Shown: in pieces, positions 38,213 to 48,056 of the stretch | Layout: every line of letters starts with the position of its first letter | How positions within the stretch are numbered: position 1 is the stretch's first letter | Source: a virus | Virus record (IMG/VR): IMGVR_UViG_3300032156_000001 | Span: 96,001-160,000 of that record | DNA: 64,000 nucleotides | Direction: 5' to 3' (one strand) | The notes under the pieces: model-generated | Databases searched by the model: none | What the model saw: only the letters and a program-made list of their open reading frames with translations | What the model was told of the DNA's origin: nothing | Position numbers and translations under genes: made by a program

Positions 38213-39485
38213 GGCCGACGAGCGGCGCATCCTGGCCGCCATGGAGCGGGTCATCGACGCCACCAACGGCGGCGCCGACCCCAGCGCCGCGATAGCCAAG
38301 GTGGCCGCCGACGAGAAGTTCGCCCCGCCGGTGGTGCAGCGGATGGTCGAGGCGTACAACGTGTCCAAGACCAACGCCTACATGAAGGAGGCCAGCGGCG
38401 AGGCCAGGGCCGCCTCCTTCCCGATAGCCGACGCGGCCAAGGTGCTGGGGGAGATGTACCCCGCCGTTCCTAAGGCCGCCCGCGCGCGGGAGCTGGAGGA
38501 GACGGAGGCCATCGCGGCCTTCTTCGCGCCGAAGGGCGAGTCCGTGGACTTCTTCAAGATCGCCGACGACGGCGGCATCGCGGGACAGGCGGGCGGCAGC
38601 GCCGAGGGCGGGCTGGTCACTTCCGACCCTGAGAGGGCGGCGGCGCACCCGTTCGACCCCGCCGAGGCGCAGGCGAAGAAGATCAGGAAGCACAGGAAGC
38701 TGGAGAAGGACGCCGACGACGCGCGCGTGAAGTACGCGGGCGCCTTCTCCGACTGGTTCGGGAAGATGGCCGAGGCCGTGGAATACTTCAAGCGGCCCGA
38801 CCACATCTCGTTCGCCGAGGTGGAGAACCGCATCAGCTCCAACTTCGGCGCCCTCGGCAAGGCGGCCATGGACGCGATACACGTCCTGGCCGGCGGGCTG
38901 GCGAAGCGGGCAGAGGCGGCGCCGTACCCGCTGATGGTGGACATCGCCAAGGCGCCGTACAGGTCGATCGTCGAGGCCATGAGCGCCGCGAACGAGGTGG
39001 TCAAGTACGCCAGCGACGCCGCCGCGGCGGCCGTCGCGCTGGAGCAGTACGACCGCGAGAACGGCCTCACGCTGGTAAAGCCGGCGGCAGGCATCCTGGT
39101 CAGCACCAAGGACTTCATGGAGGCGCTCGGTGTAGGCTCGGACCCTACGGCAACCCGGGCCAGGACCGCAGCGGAGGTCATGGCGCCGGGGCATGAGACG
39201 CAGATGCGGGCCGTGAAGGTCCAGGCGATGATCAACGACCTGGTCTCCAACGATCCCGTCCTGTCCGCGCACGACCCGAACGACGTGGCCGACGCGTACA
39301 ACCAGATCGCGCAGCTGGTGCCGCACGTGGCCAGCCAGCCGGTGCTGATGCGCGGCCTGCTGCGGCGCGTGGTCCAGCAGGGCGGCGTGGTCGAGCCGCA
39401 CGAGCTGAAGCAGGTGTCCGACCTGGAGAAGCAGAAGGAGCCCGCCCCGCTGCCGTTGGGCGAGCCGGCCAAGCCGAGGGCCTGA
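38196..39485 (+). CDS. Hypothetical head-module protein (429 aa)
   Basis: GAGGAG/GGGAG upstream; helical; multiple KxA(S) motifs. Confidence 0.75.
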   Translation: MEKLSEADERRILAAMERVIDATNGGADPSAAIAKVAADEKFAPPVVQRMVEAYNVSKTNAYMKEASGEARAASFPIADAAKVLGEMYPAVPKAARARELEETEAIAAFFAPKGESVDFFKIADDGGIAGQAGGSAEGGLVTSDPERAAAHPFDPAEAQAKKIRKHRKLEKDADDARVKYAGAFSDWFGKMAEAVEYFKRPDHISFAEVENRISSNFGALGKAAMDAIHVLAGGLAKRAEAAPYPLMVDIAKAPYRSIVEAMSAANEVVKYASDAAAAAVALEQYDRENGLTLVKPAAGILVSTKDFMEALGVGSDPTATRARTAAEVMAPGHETQMRAVKVQAMINDLVSNDPVLSAHDPNDVADAYNQIAQLVPHVASQPVLMRGLLRRVVQQGGVVEPHELKQVSDLEKQKEPAPLPLGEPAKPRA

Positions 39486-39490
39486 TTCCG

Positions 39491-40411
39491 GTGGATTTCT
39501 GCGAGTCATTGGCCAGGACGTGCATTGCGGCGCGGCAGAAGCGCGCCGAGGATCCGGATCCCGCGTCGTTGCGCTCCGAGTTCGAGCGCCTGTCGGCGCG
39601 CGAGCGCGTCCTGCGCGAGTCGGCGTCGGGCATGCAGGAGGAGGCCAAGCGCACGGCCGCCCGGCAGCGCGTGTCCGGCTCCGGCCCGATGGCCACGTTC
39701 CTGAAGCGCCTGTTCGTCCCGATTCCCCTCGGCGCCGGCGAGACCGCGCTGCGGGCCGGCGGGGCCGGCCTGGGCGGGTACTATGGGCACCGCGCCGCCA
39801 AGCCCGGCCTGACGCCGAAGGAGCTGGGCATGGTCATGCTGCCGCCCGAGCGCGGCGGCGGGCCGGCCGGGCCGATAGGCGCCGCTGAACACCTGGAGAA
39901 CATCCTTAGGCCGATATACCAGCAGGCGCAGCTGCCCGCTGGCGTGGAAGGGCCCGCACGTATGCCGTTGATCGACGTGACGAAGCTGCTGGCGGGCAGC
40001 CCGGAGAAGGACGTTCTGGCGGCCCTGGGCAAGCGCCCGCTCGGCTGGGTGCCCGGCATGGGCCTGTCGGAAAGCCAGCAGAAGATCCGGGAGGCCGTGA
40101 CGGGCGCGTTCGGGCAGGGCGGGCCCGGCCAGGTCATCGGAAGGCTGGGTTCTGCGGCGGAACGGCTGAAGTCGAAGCAGCCCGCCGCGATGCCGAGGAC
40201 CTCGTCGAGGCAGATGCTGGGGACGGTCCTTGGCGCGTACCTGGGTTCCGTGGCGGGCGGGCTGCCGTCCGCGCTGCGCGCCGCGTGGAAGGCCAGGAGC
40301 GGCGGCGAGGCTTCCGCCAATCTGGCCGCCAAGGCGCAGGCCGCGTTGCGGGAGGCCGACGAGGCCGCCGCGTCGCGCGACAGGCTGCTCACGATGCTGG
40401 GAGCCAAGTAA
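39491..40411 (+). CDS. Hypothetical virion-module protein with hydrophobic segments
   Basis: Fills the operon; stop overlaps the next ATG. Confidence 0.65.
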   Translation: MDFCESLARTCIAARQKRAEDPDPASLRSEFERLSARERVLRESASGMQEEAKRTAARQRVSGSGPMATFLKRLFVPIPLGAGETALRAGGAGLGGYYGHRAAKPGLTPKELGMVMLPPERGGGPAGPIGAAEHLENILRPIYQQAQLPAGVEGPARMPLIDVTKLLAGSPEKDVLAALGKRPLGWVPGMGLSESQQKIREAVTGAFGQGGPGQVIGRLGSAAERLKSKQPAAMPRTSSRQMLGTVLGAYLGSVAGGLPSALRAAWKARSGGEASANLAAKAQAALREADEAAASRDRLLTMLGAK

Positions 40412-41175
40412 TGATCAAGCCGGCGGCGGTGCTGCCATCGTTCCTGTCGCAGACGCTGGGCCACGCCGCGCTGGGCGGGCTGGCCGCCGGCGCGTTGAGC
40501 AGCCACGACCGGCTGGTCGCGGTGCTGCGCGGCGCGCTGACGGGCGCCGGCGGCGGGTTCCTGGGATCGGCGGCGGGGCTGGTCCCACTGGGCGCGGGCA
40601 GGCTCGCGACCGGCACCGTGGCGGAGCACATACCGTACATGCAGGCCGGCGGCCTGATAGGAAGCGTGGCCGGCGGCGCGTACGGCCGGTCGCGCAAGCC
40701 CGAGGAGGCCGCGGAGGAGAAGAAGGCCGGGATCGCTCCCGTGGCATTGGGTTTGGGCCTGGGCGGCATCCTTGGCGGGACGGCCGGTTACAGGGCGACC
40801 GGGCAGGATACCTGGAACCGTTTGACGCCGAAGCAGAAACTGGCGGTGATCCTGCGCAGCAGCCTTCTCGGTGCCGCCGGCGCCGGCGCCTTGGGAGTCG
40901 CCGGCGCCGGCGCCGGCGGCCGAATAGGAACTTACAGGCTGCGCGGCGCGCTCGACACGCGCGTGAAGGAGCTGGAGAAGGCGCTCGACACGGGCGGGCC
41001 GCTGCCGCCCAAGCCCGATGTAAGGGCGTTGGCCGGCCTGGTGCGCACCCCCGCGTTGATGGGAATGGCCGCCGGCGGGCTAACTGGAGGCGTCCTGGGC
41101 GGTCTGTTCGGCAGGGCGGGCGGCAAGGCGCGCGGCGGCAGGCGGCGCGCGATGGAGCAGGACGAAGATGTATAA
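40411..41175 (+). CDS. Gly-zipper membrane-like protein
   Basis: TAATG coupling; several GxxxGxxxG hydrophobic helices. Confidence 0.7.
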   Translation: MIKPAAVLPSFLSQTLGHAALGGLAAGALSSHDRLVAVLRGALTGAGGGFLGSAAGLVPLGAGRLATGTVAEHIPYMQAGGLIGSVAGGAYGRSRKPEEAAEEKKAGIAPVALGLGLGGILGGTAGYRATGQDTWNRLTPKQKLAVILRSSLLGAAGAGALGVAGAGAGGRIGTYRLRGALDTRVKELEKALDTGGPLPPKPDVRALAGLVRTPALMGMAAGGLTGGVLGGLFGRAGGKARGGRRRAMEQDEDV

Positions 41176-42646
41176 GGTCATCCCGCACGGCTCGTTCGAT
41201 TTCGGCATGCCGGCCGCCCGGCTGGTGGACCTGCACCGCGGCGGCGTGGACTCGGCGTGGCTGGAGAAGCGCGCGGCCGTCCTGACGCGGGAGATCGCCG
41301 AGCTGAGGCCGCGGCCGGGGCACAGCTACGTCCACCTGATCTCGCTGGGCTCCATGGAGCACTACGGCTGCAACAGGAACGGCGACGCGTTCCCGTACAA
41401 GAGCGCTACGTACGAGCTGCCCATGCCGAAGGGCGGTCAGAAGCTCATCAAGCTCGCCGACGGCCTGTCCAGGATGCACGCGACCTTCATGCAGGGGCAC
41501 GTCTTCAAGCATCACCAGAACGACAACCCCGAGAAGTCGATCGGCAAGATCGCCGCCGAGGCGTACAACCCCGAGATGCACCGCGGCGAGCTGATCATCG
41601 AGGTGCCGCACGGGAAGGAGTGGGACGACGACCTGCAGAAACTGGCGAGCGGCCAGGACATCGCCTTCTCGATGAGTATGCGCGAGCCGCACGACACGTG
41701 CAGCGCATGCGGCAACCAGGCGACGTCGCGGGCGAGGTACTGCGACCACCTGCGCGACCACATGACGGAGATACTCAAGAGCGGCCACCAAGTGTTCGCC
41801 ATCAACGACGTAGGCTCTTTTTTCGATATCAGCAAGGTGATGCGCCCCGCCGACAGGATCGCGTTCTCGCTGAGGAAGGTTGCCGAGCTGCTCGCGGTGG
41901 GCGGGGCCGCCCTTGCCGAGGAGCTCGGGATGATCGACGCCGCGGGCTCGCCCCGCAGCGTCCCAGCCGCAATGTCGCGGAAGGTCGCGGCGGCCGAAAA
42001 GCTGTCCGCGATGGAGAAGCGGGTCGGTGCCGCCGCGCGCGGAGAGGACAACACGGAGCTGTTGCAGCAGGCGCGCGGTTGCCCGTCGCGGGAGCTCAAC
42101 GACGACGAGATTTCCGGGCTGAAGAGCGCGCGGCTCGGCCCGGTGCTCGGCGCGTTGGCCGACGCGAAGATCTGCCTCTCGGTCCGCGATTTCGCGCGGC
42201 TGGTGCAGGGGCCGAGTCGCGGCCCCTCGGACGGCGACATCGGCTTGGTCGAGCGGATGCTGCCGGACCTGCATTCCCGCCTGTCCGACGGGGATGCGCA
42301 AAGCTGCGCCGCTGACGGGTCGTACGACTCCGACGAGGGGTCGGCCGGTCCTCTCGGCGCCTCGATTCCGCGGCACGTGCGCGACTTGATCGGCCGGCTG
42401 ATGGACGACCATTCGTTGGCCGAGGGCCCGGTCCGGCGGAGGATCACGATCGTCACGATCCGCGGCCTGAAGCCGGAGACGGCCCAGCCGGAAAAGTCGA
42501 AGGTTGCCGTGGACTCGACTTCGGCATATACTCTCGCTCGGGAGTATGCGAAGTACCGGCTCGCCTTTCTGGCCAAGCAGGGAGCCGACGCTGAGCGATG
42601 TGCCTTGTTGACAGTCCTGCGCGGCTGCGTTAGATTCGTGCCGTGA
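41168..42646 (+). CDS. Putative prohead maturation protease
   Basis: Position before the scaffold and capsid genes; NRNGDAF, VFKHHQN (candidate His), FSMSM (candidate Ser), CSACG...CDH metal site. Confidence 0.6.
   Translation: MYKVIPHGSFDFGMPAARLVDLHRGGVDSAWLEKRAAVLTREIAELRPRPGHSYVHLISLGSMEHYGCNRNGDAFPYKSATYELPMPKGGQKLIKLADGLSRMHATFMQGHVFKHHQNDNPEKSIGKIAAEAYNPEMHRGELIIEVPHGKEWDDDLQKLASGQDIAFSMSMREPHDTCSACGNQATSRARYCDHLRDHMTEILKSGHQVFAINDVGSFFDISKVMRPADRIAFSLRKVAELLAVGGAALAEELGMIDAAGSPRSVPAAMSRKVAAAEKLSAMEKRVGAAARGEDNTELLQQARGCPSRELNDDEISGLKSARLGPVLGALADAKICLSVRDFARLVQGPSRGPSDGDIGLVERMLPDLHSRLSDGDAQSCAADGSYDSDEGSAGPLGASIPRHVRDLIGRLMDDHSLAEGPVRRRITIVTIRGLKPETAQPEKSKVAVDSTSAYTLAREYAKYRLAFLAKQGADAERCALLTVLRGCVRFVP
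42608..42636 (+). promoter_or_regulatory. Sigma70-like promoter for the scaffold/capsid operon
   Basis: TTGACA-N17-TAGATT; GAGGAGG RBS before ATG 42693. Confidence 0.65.
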
Positions 42647-42692
42647 AGGGGCCTGGAGAGCTTGGCTTGACTGGGACCTGAGGAGGCTTGAC

Positions 42693-44021
42693 ATGGCAGA
42701 CAAAGTCGGAAACGCCCTCGACCTGTGCGACAAGTTCCTGAAGCAGGCGCAGGAACAGCAGGCGAAGCTGGCCAGCGAGACGAAGAAGGCCGATCCCGGC
42801 TCCGATCAGATGGGAACGAGCACGTCGCATCCCTCCGGCAGCGCGCCGGACGGCACCCGCCCTGCGGCGACGGGCTCTCGCGCCGCCGAGAACGAGGCGG
42901 ACGTGAAGAAGGCCATCGGCAGCACGGGCGTCACCGGGCAGCAGGACGCCAACTCGGTCGCCGGCAAGTCGACCGCGCCCGCGGTCAAGGACCACGTCGG
43001 CGCGTCCGACGAGGGGCTCAAGGGCACCACGCCCGCCCCGGCGGCGACCTTGCCGAAGCCGCCCGAGTCGCCCAGCCATCCCAGCAACGAGCCGTTCTCG
43101 ATCAAGTATTCCTCGCTGATTGCGGCGGGGAACGCCCTGGTCGAGAAGCTCGGCGAGCTGGCCAAGAAGTCCGACCCGGACCCCGACCCCGAACCCGATC
43201 CCGACCCCGGCAAGATGCCTCCTCAGCTCGCGGCCGCGAAGGCCAAGAAGGAAAAGAAGGAGGGGGATAAGGACACTGTCTCGGACCCTCCCAAGGCCGC
43301 GGCGGAGCGGGCTGAGCTCGCCAAGGAAGCCGACATGTACGTCGACGACCTCAAGGCCGGCCACCTGACCGCGGCAGCCCTCAAGGGCGAAGATGGCGCG
43401 CAGGAGAAGCTGGCGGAGTTCGCCGGCCAGATGGTCGAGAAGTACAGGGGCGAGGCCGAGGCCGGCGCGAAGGCGGCCGAGCAGGTGGTCGGGCTCACCA
43501 AGGAGCAGACGAAGGCTGCCGCCGACATGGCGGCGCAGATCATCAAGGCCGCCGAGGGCGACGCCGACATGTACGGGTCGTTCCTGGGCGGGATGGGCGA
43601 GGGCGGGCCCGATGCCGGCGCGGCTGCTGGCGCTAGCCCGGCAGGCCTCGGCGCCGGCCCGGAAGGCCCCGGAGGGGGCCAGGACGCCCAGATCGAGCAG
43701 CTGGCCGCGATGCTCGACGAGATGGGCATCACCCCCGAGGAAGTGATCCAGGCGATCCAGAGCGGCGCGCTGTCGGGCGCCGGCGGAGAAGGCGGCGGGG
43801 CTCCCCCTGGCCCGCCGGCTGGCCCGCCGGCCGGTCCGTCGGTCCCGGCCGCCCCCGAGAAGGAAGAGAAGGGCGAGAAGGAAGAGAAGGGCGAGAAGGA
43901 AGAGAAGGAGGGCGCCGCAAGCCCTCTGGCGAAGATGGCCGCGTCGATCGTCGACAAGGTGGTCCAGCTTCGGCAGGCGAAGCAGGCGAAGCAGGGGAAG
44001 GCCGCGGCACCCGCGAAGTAG
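42693..44021 (+). CDS. Putative scaffolding protein
   Basis: Acidic, low-complexity, helical protein located between the protease and capsid genes. Confidence 0.55.
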   Translation: MADKVGNALDLCDKFLKQAQEQQAKLASETKKADPGSDQMGTSTSHPSGSAPDGTRPAATGSRAAENEADVKKAIGSTGVTGQQDANSVAGKSTAPAVKDHVGASDEGLKGTTPAPAATLPKPPESPSHPSNEPFSIKYSSLIAAGNALVEKLGELAKKSDPDPDPEPDPDPGKMPPQLAAAKAKKEKKEGDKDTVSDPPKAAAERAELAKEADMYVDDLKAGHLTAAALKGEDGAQEKLAEFAGQMVEKYRGEAEAGAKAAEQVVGLTKEQTKAAADMAAQIIKAAEGDADMYGSFLGGMGEGGPDAGAAAGASPAGLGAGPEGPGGGQDAQIEQLAAMLDEMGITPEEVIQAIQSGALSGAGGEGGGAPPGPPAGPPAGPSVPAAPEKEEKGEKEEKGEKEEKEGAASPLAKMAASIVDKVVQLRQAKQAKQGKAAAPAK

Positions 44022-44070
44022 GCTTGCGACCGGCGTTGACGCCGTTGACGCTTGAGAAGGAGAAGGAAAG

Positions 44071-44457
44071 ATGAAACTGACCCCCGAACTGCTGAAGGGC
44101 GTGACGGACTACGTCAAGGGCGCCCAGGAGCTGGTTCAGGCGGAGGCCGCGGAGCGCCAGAAGATCGCCGAGGCCGCGCCCGCCGCGGTGGACGCCCTGA
44201 TCAAGGCCGGCGCCGTGGATCCCGCGGGCCGCGAGCTCGCGATCAAGCAGCTGACCGAGGAGCCCCACCGGGCCGTGGTCAGCCTCCAGAATATGGCGGA
44301 GCGCCAGATGAAGGCCGCCGGGGCCACCAAGCAGGCCTCGTTGGGCCAGCCGGCCGCTCCTGTAAACGCCGGCGCGCCCGATCCCGACTGGAAGGTCAAG
44401 AAGGGCGAGGCGGACCGGGTGTTCGCGGAGGCGTTCGGCTTCAGCACTGGGGCCTGA
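44071..44457 (+). CDS. Hypothetical head protein (128 aa)
   Basis: AAGGAGAAGG RBS; helical. Confidence 0.75.
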   Translation: MKLTPELLKGVTDYVKGAQELVQAEAAERQKIAEAAPAAVDALIKAGAVDPAGRELAIKQLTEEPHRAVVSLQNMAERQMKAAGATKQASLGQPAAPVNAGAPDPDWKVKKGEADRVFAEAFGFSTGA

Positions 44458-44533
44458 ACCCTGGGACTACAAGGGCCGGCGGCGTGCCCGCGCAGCGGGT
44501 AGCAGCCCGGCGGACAAGTAAGGAGAGAGGCAA

Positions 44534-45046
44534 ATGACGACTCCTGCCCAGATGTACGACCACGAACTGAACGTGGTGAAGGGCTGGCCGGGCCCGAGCG
44601 CGCTCGACAAGACGAAGGTGATCAAGGTCGGCGAGACGATCCAGCGCGGGCGGGTCATGTCCATCGACCCCATCGCGGATCAGCTCGTCCTCGGCGCGCC
44701 CGACAACGCCATGCCCATCTTCGCGTTCCCCAGCACGTCGGACTTCGACGTGTACAGCGACACGGGGAACATCTCCGGCGGGCACGGGATGGGGCTGGTC
44801 GCCACCGGCGGCTTCGAGGTGGAGACGACCGAGTTCCTCGGCGCGGACTTCCCGCCGAACACGCCGCTGACGCCGCACAACGGCGCCGACGCGGACAAGG
44901 GGAAGGTCGAGGCGACCGACTTCAGCTACGTCGACATGCTCTGCGGGATCGTCTCGGACGCGGGGCCGCTCGCCAACGAGTTCCGCAAGTCGGTGCTGCG
45001 GTTCTGGACCCTCTACATCCCGTTCATCGACAAGGGCGGCGGGTAG
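44534..45046 (+). CDS. Putative capsid decoration/cement protein A
   Basis: AAGGAG RBS; upstream of the capsid gene; tandem paralog follows. Confidence 0.55.
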   Translation: MTTPAQMYDHELNVVKGWPGPSALDKTKVIKVGETIQRGRVMSIDPIADQLVLGAPDNAMPIFAFPSTSDFDVYSDTGNISGGHGMGLVATGGFEVETTEFLGADFPPNTPLTPHNGADADKGKVEATDFSYVDMLCGIVSDAGPLANEFRKSVLRFWTLYIPFIDKGGG

Positions 45047-45099
45047 CAAGCGGGCGAAAAGCGGCTCCGGCGCGGGCCGGGCTGGTAAGGAGACAGGCG

Positions 45100-45732
45100 A
45101 TGACGACTCCTGCACAGATGTTCGACCACGAGCTGAACCCGGTCAAGGGTTGGCCCGGGCCGGCTGCGCTGGACAAGACGAAGGCGATCGGGCCGGGCGA
45201 GTCGATCCAGCGCGGGCGGGTCATGTCCATCGGCCCGAACGACACGCTCATCCTGGGCGCGTACTTCAACGCGATGCCCATCTTCGCGTTCCCGAGCACC
45301 GACGACTTCGACGTCGCGAGCGACGTCGGCAACTTCTCTGGCGGGCATGGCATGGGCCTGGTGGCCACCGGGCACTTCGAGGTGGAAACCACCGAGTTCA
45401 TGACCAGCTTCGAGGAGCTCAGGTTCACCTACCCGCCGAACACGCCAGTGGCGCCGTGGCTCTACTCGGCGAACGACGTCGGGAAGATCTTCCCGACCGG
45501 CTTCACGCTGTTCGACCGGATCTTCGACCAGATCTGCGGGATCGTCTCCGACGCGAGCCCGCTCACCAACGAGTTCCAGAAGCAGGTGGTCAGGTTCTGG
45601 ACCACCTACATCCCGTACATCGACATCGGGGAATGGAAGAGCAAGGACAAGCTGCTGCCCCCCGGCAAGCGCTCGGAAGCGGAAGTGAGGAAGTTGGCGG
45701 CCGCATGGCGGGCGCGGGGAAAGGCGAAGTAG
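45100..45732 (+). CDS. Putative capsid decoration/cement protein B (paralog of 44534)
   Basis: Near-identical N-terminus (MTTPAQM.DHELN.VKGWPGP.ALDKTK) and RBS region; extra basic C-terminal tail. Confidence 0.55.
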   Translation: MTTPAQMFDHELNPVKGWPGPAALDKTKAIGPGESIQRGRVMSIGPNDTLILGAYFNAMPIFAFPSTDDFDVASDVGNFSGGHGMGLVATGHFEVETTEFMTSFEELRFTYPPNTPVAPWLYSANDVGKIFPTGFTLFDRIFDQICGIVSDASPLTNEFQKQVVRFWTTYIPYIDIGEWKSKDKLLPPGKRSEAEVRKLAAAWRARGKAK

Positions 45733-45801
45733 GAAACTGGCGCCGGTCCAGCCACCAAGGGCGGCCCGGCTTGGGAAGGCTTGGAAGAGAGGGTCACTGA
45801 G

Positions 45802-46731
45802 ATGGAACCGACCACGGAACTGCTGAATCGGGCCGTCATAGACCGGCTCACCTCGGACGATCCCGGGATGGTGAAGGAAGCCGTCACGGCGATCAACGAG
45901 TACACGCGGGTGAAGCTGCGCGAAGACGGCTTCCTGAGGCGGGTGCTCCCGCCCCTGACGATCACGGAGTTCGACCGGCAGGTCGACACCGACAAGCCGG
46001 TCAAGGTCGTGGACAAGGAACCGGACTCCCCGGCCGCGATCAGCGTGCCGTTCGGCTCCTCGCCCATGAACCGGTACATCCGCGGGCCCCGCTACCGCGT
46101 GATGTTCGACCGGATCCTCACGCCGAAGTTCACCAAGGACGTCGTCGAGCTGATGACCTGGCACATGGACATCCGCCAGATCCTCAGCGACAACGCCATC
46201 AAGGACATGATGGCCGAGGAGGACAACAAGTTCCTCCTGGCGGTCAACACCGTCCTGGTGGCCCCCGGCAGCGTCCTGCCCGACACGGGCATCGCGCAGT
46301 GGGTCACGCTCAGCGGCGGAGTGACCAGGGACACGCTGGCTGCGGCCATGCAGGTCCTCCCGGGCAGCTTCCAGCGCTTGGTCGCGGCCACGGTGCTGGT
46401 CAACCAGATCACCATCTGGGAGTTCGTGAAGTGGGGCCGCGACGAGGTCGGCGGCGACGACGCGCAGGCCACGCTGCGCCAGGGCTTCCAGGAACGCGAG
46501 CTCATGGGGGTCCGCTTCATCGTCACGATCAAGTGGGACCTGGTCCCGACGAACACGATCTTCCTGTTCGCCGAGCCGAAGTTCCTCGGCAAGCTGTACA
46601 TGATCGAGGACGTCACGATGTACGTGAACAAGCGGGCGTTCATGCTCGAGTTCTTCGCGTACGAGTGCCTCGGCGGGGCGATCGGGAACGTGGCCGCGGT
46701 CGGCCGCGTGGACTTCACGACCGAGACGTAG
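45802..46731 (+). CDS. Putative major capsid protein
   Basis: 309 aa, very strong codon bias; position after protease, scaffold and decoration genes; followed by a strong hairpin. Confidence 0.7.
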   Translation: MEPTTELLNRAVIDRLTSDDPGMVKEAVTAINEYTRVKLREDGFLRRVLPPLTITEFDRQVDTDKPVKVVDKEPDSPAAISVPFGSSPMNRYIRGPRYRVMFDRILTPKFTKDVVELMTWHMDIRQILSDNAIKDMMAEEDNKFLLAVNTVLVAPGSVLPDTGIAQWVTLSGGVTRDTLAAAMQVLPGSFQRLVAATVLVNQITIWEFVKWGRDEVGGDDAQATLRQGFQERELMGVRFIVTIKWDLVPTNTIFLFAEPKFLGKLYMIEDVTMYVNKRAFMLEFFAYECLGGAIGNVAAVGRVDFTTET

Positions 46732-46743
46732 CCTTCCGCAGGC

Positions 46744-46777
46744 CCGGCGGGCCCGGCGCAGGGTCCGGGCCCGCCGG
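46744..46777 (+). terminator. 13-bp perfect stem-loop after the capsid gene (terminator or mRNA stabiliser)
   Basis: CCGGCGGGCCCGG-8 nt loop-CCGGGCCCGCCGG; only a weak U-tract (TTGT). Confidence 0.6.
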
Positions 46778-46822
46778 TTGTGCTGGCTGTGGCATTGGCA
46801 AACGGACGGAGAGGACTTCGCG

Positions 46823-47158
46823 ATGAACCTGGCACAGATGACGCCGGCGCAGCGGGAAGTGGCGGCCAAGCTGTACGTGCCCGCCTTCCTGTCGAAGATG
46901 GCGGAGCTCGGCCGGCCGATCCAGACCGCCGAGCAGCTGGACGACGCGCTGGAGACCGTGGCGCTGCTGAAGGCCGCGCAGCTCCAGGCACAGGCCGCGC
47001 CGGACATGCACAAGACGGCCAATGCGCGCCTGAAGGCGGCGCTGGGCATGCAGCCCGGCGTCGACGAGCCGCTCCGCAAGATGGCGGAAAGGCTCGTGGC
47101 CGAGGATCCGCAGCTGGCGGCGGCGCTGCTGACGGCGCCCGAAGCGCCGGCGAAGTAG
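46823..47158 (+). CDS. Hypothetical head protein (111 aa)
   Basis: GGAGAGG RBS; frame of track ORF 46778..47158. Confidence 0.7.
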   Translation: MNLAQMTPAQREVAAKLYVPAFLSKMAELGRPIQTAEQLDDALETVALLKAAQLQAQAAPDMHKTANARLKAALGMQPGVDEPLRKMAERLVAEDPQLAAALLTAPEAPAK

Positions 47159-47181
47159 CATAGGGGATCCAGAGGGCGACG

Positions 47182-47730
47182 ATGCCTGGCCAGCGGTCAC
47201 CTGACATAGCGGACTACGTCACGCCGCGCAAGGACTACCGTTCCTGCATAGGAGCGGCGGACGACACCGTCCTCGGTCCGTTGAGCCCGGCCATACCCGT
47301 CCTGAACACGGCGCTGCCGCCCGACCTGAACATGGGCGTGCGCACGAACGCCTGCAGCCAGTACGGCAGGAACGCACAGATCAACTTCGCCATAATCAAG
47401 AGCGGCAGCTGCGACGTGTGCATGGCGCTGTACCTTCTCGCGGAAGTGGAGGCCAAGACGGTGCTGCCCCCGCCTTCGCCGACGCCGTCGTCGTCTTCGT
47501 CTTCGCCGTCATCGTCATCGTCTCCGTCGTCTTCGCCGTCATCGTCTTCATCGTCTCCGGCGCAGTGCGGGGACGGGCTGTACGGCGAGTGGGTGCAGGT
47601 GGCGTCGTTCCACACGGAAGTCCCGGTGCTTTGGGTGGTGAAGGACATACCGCCCGGCAAGTACAAGGTGGTCGTGACGAATTTTCCCGCTGGCGAGAAG
47701 ATCACGATACGCGAGCAGCATGCTGCGTAG
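47182..47730 (+). CDS. Hypothetical virion protein with internal poly-Ser tract
   Basis: AGAGGG RBS; Ser tract at ~47476-47556. Confidence 0.7.
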   Translation: MPGQRSPDIADYVTPRKDYRSCIGAADDTVLGPLSPAIPVLNTALPPDLNMGVRTNACSQYGRNAQINFAIIKSGSCDVCMALYLLAEVEAKTVLPPPSPTPSSSSSSPSSSSSPSSSPSSSSSSPAQCGDGLYGEWVQVASFHTEVPVLWVVKDIPPGKYKVVVTNFPAGEKITIREQHAA

Positions 47731-47741
47731 GAGGAACGGAA

Positions 47742-48017
47742 ATGCGCACATTGGTCTTCAACAACCTGTACCGCTCCCAGTTCTTCGGGTACATCCCGCC
47801 GCACGGGGCGGCCATTCCCGGCCGGCGCTCGGTGCTCGTGGACGGCGACCTCCGGTCCGTGCTGGCCAGCGGGCGCGCCAGGTACTCGCGGAAGCGCGAG
47901 ATCGCGGCGCTGAACCACGACCAGGACGCCTGCATCGTCACGCTGAGCGAGGTGCCGGAGCCGAGCTGCTCGTCCAGCTCCAGCTCGATGTCCAGCTCCA
48001 GCTCGCCGGCGATGTAG
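47742..48017 (+). CDS. PPHG-domain protein with Ser-rich C-terminal tail (91 aa)
   Basis: AGGAGG RBS; FGYIPPHG...VDGDLRSVLA motif. Confidence 0.75.
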   Translation: MRTLVFNNLYRSQFFGYIPPHGAAIPGRRSVLVDGDLRSVLASGRARYSRKREIAALNHDQDACIVTLSEVPEPSCSSSSSSMSSSSSPAM

Positions 48018-48056
48018 CCGAAATACGTCGGGGGTTGCGGCCAGGAGGACCTACCG

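Noticed and set aside
45754-45786. Fifth copy of the palindrome (CCAAG...CTTGG, AAGGCTTGGAA) before the capsid gene
   Set aside because: Only partial arms with a different core; too degenerate to count.
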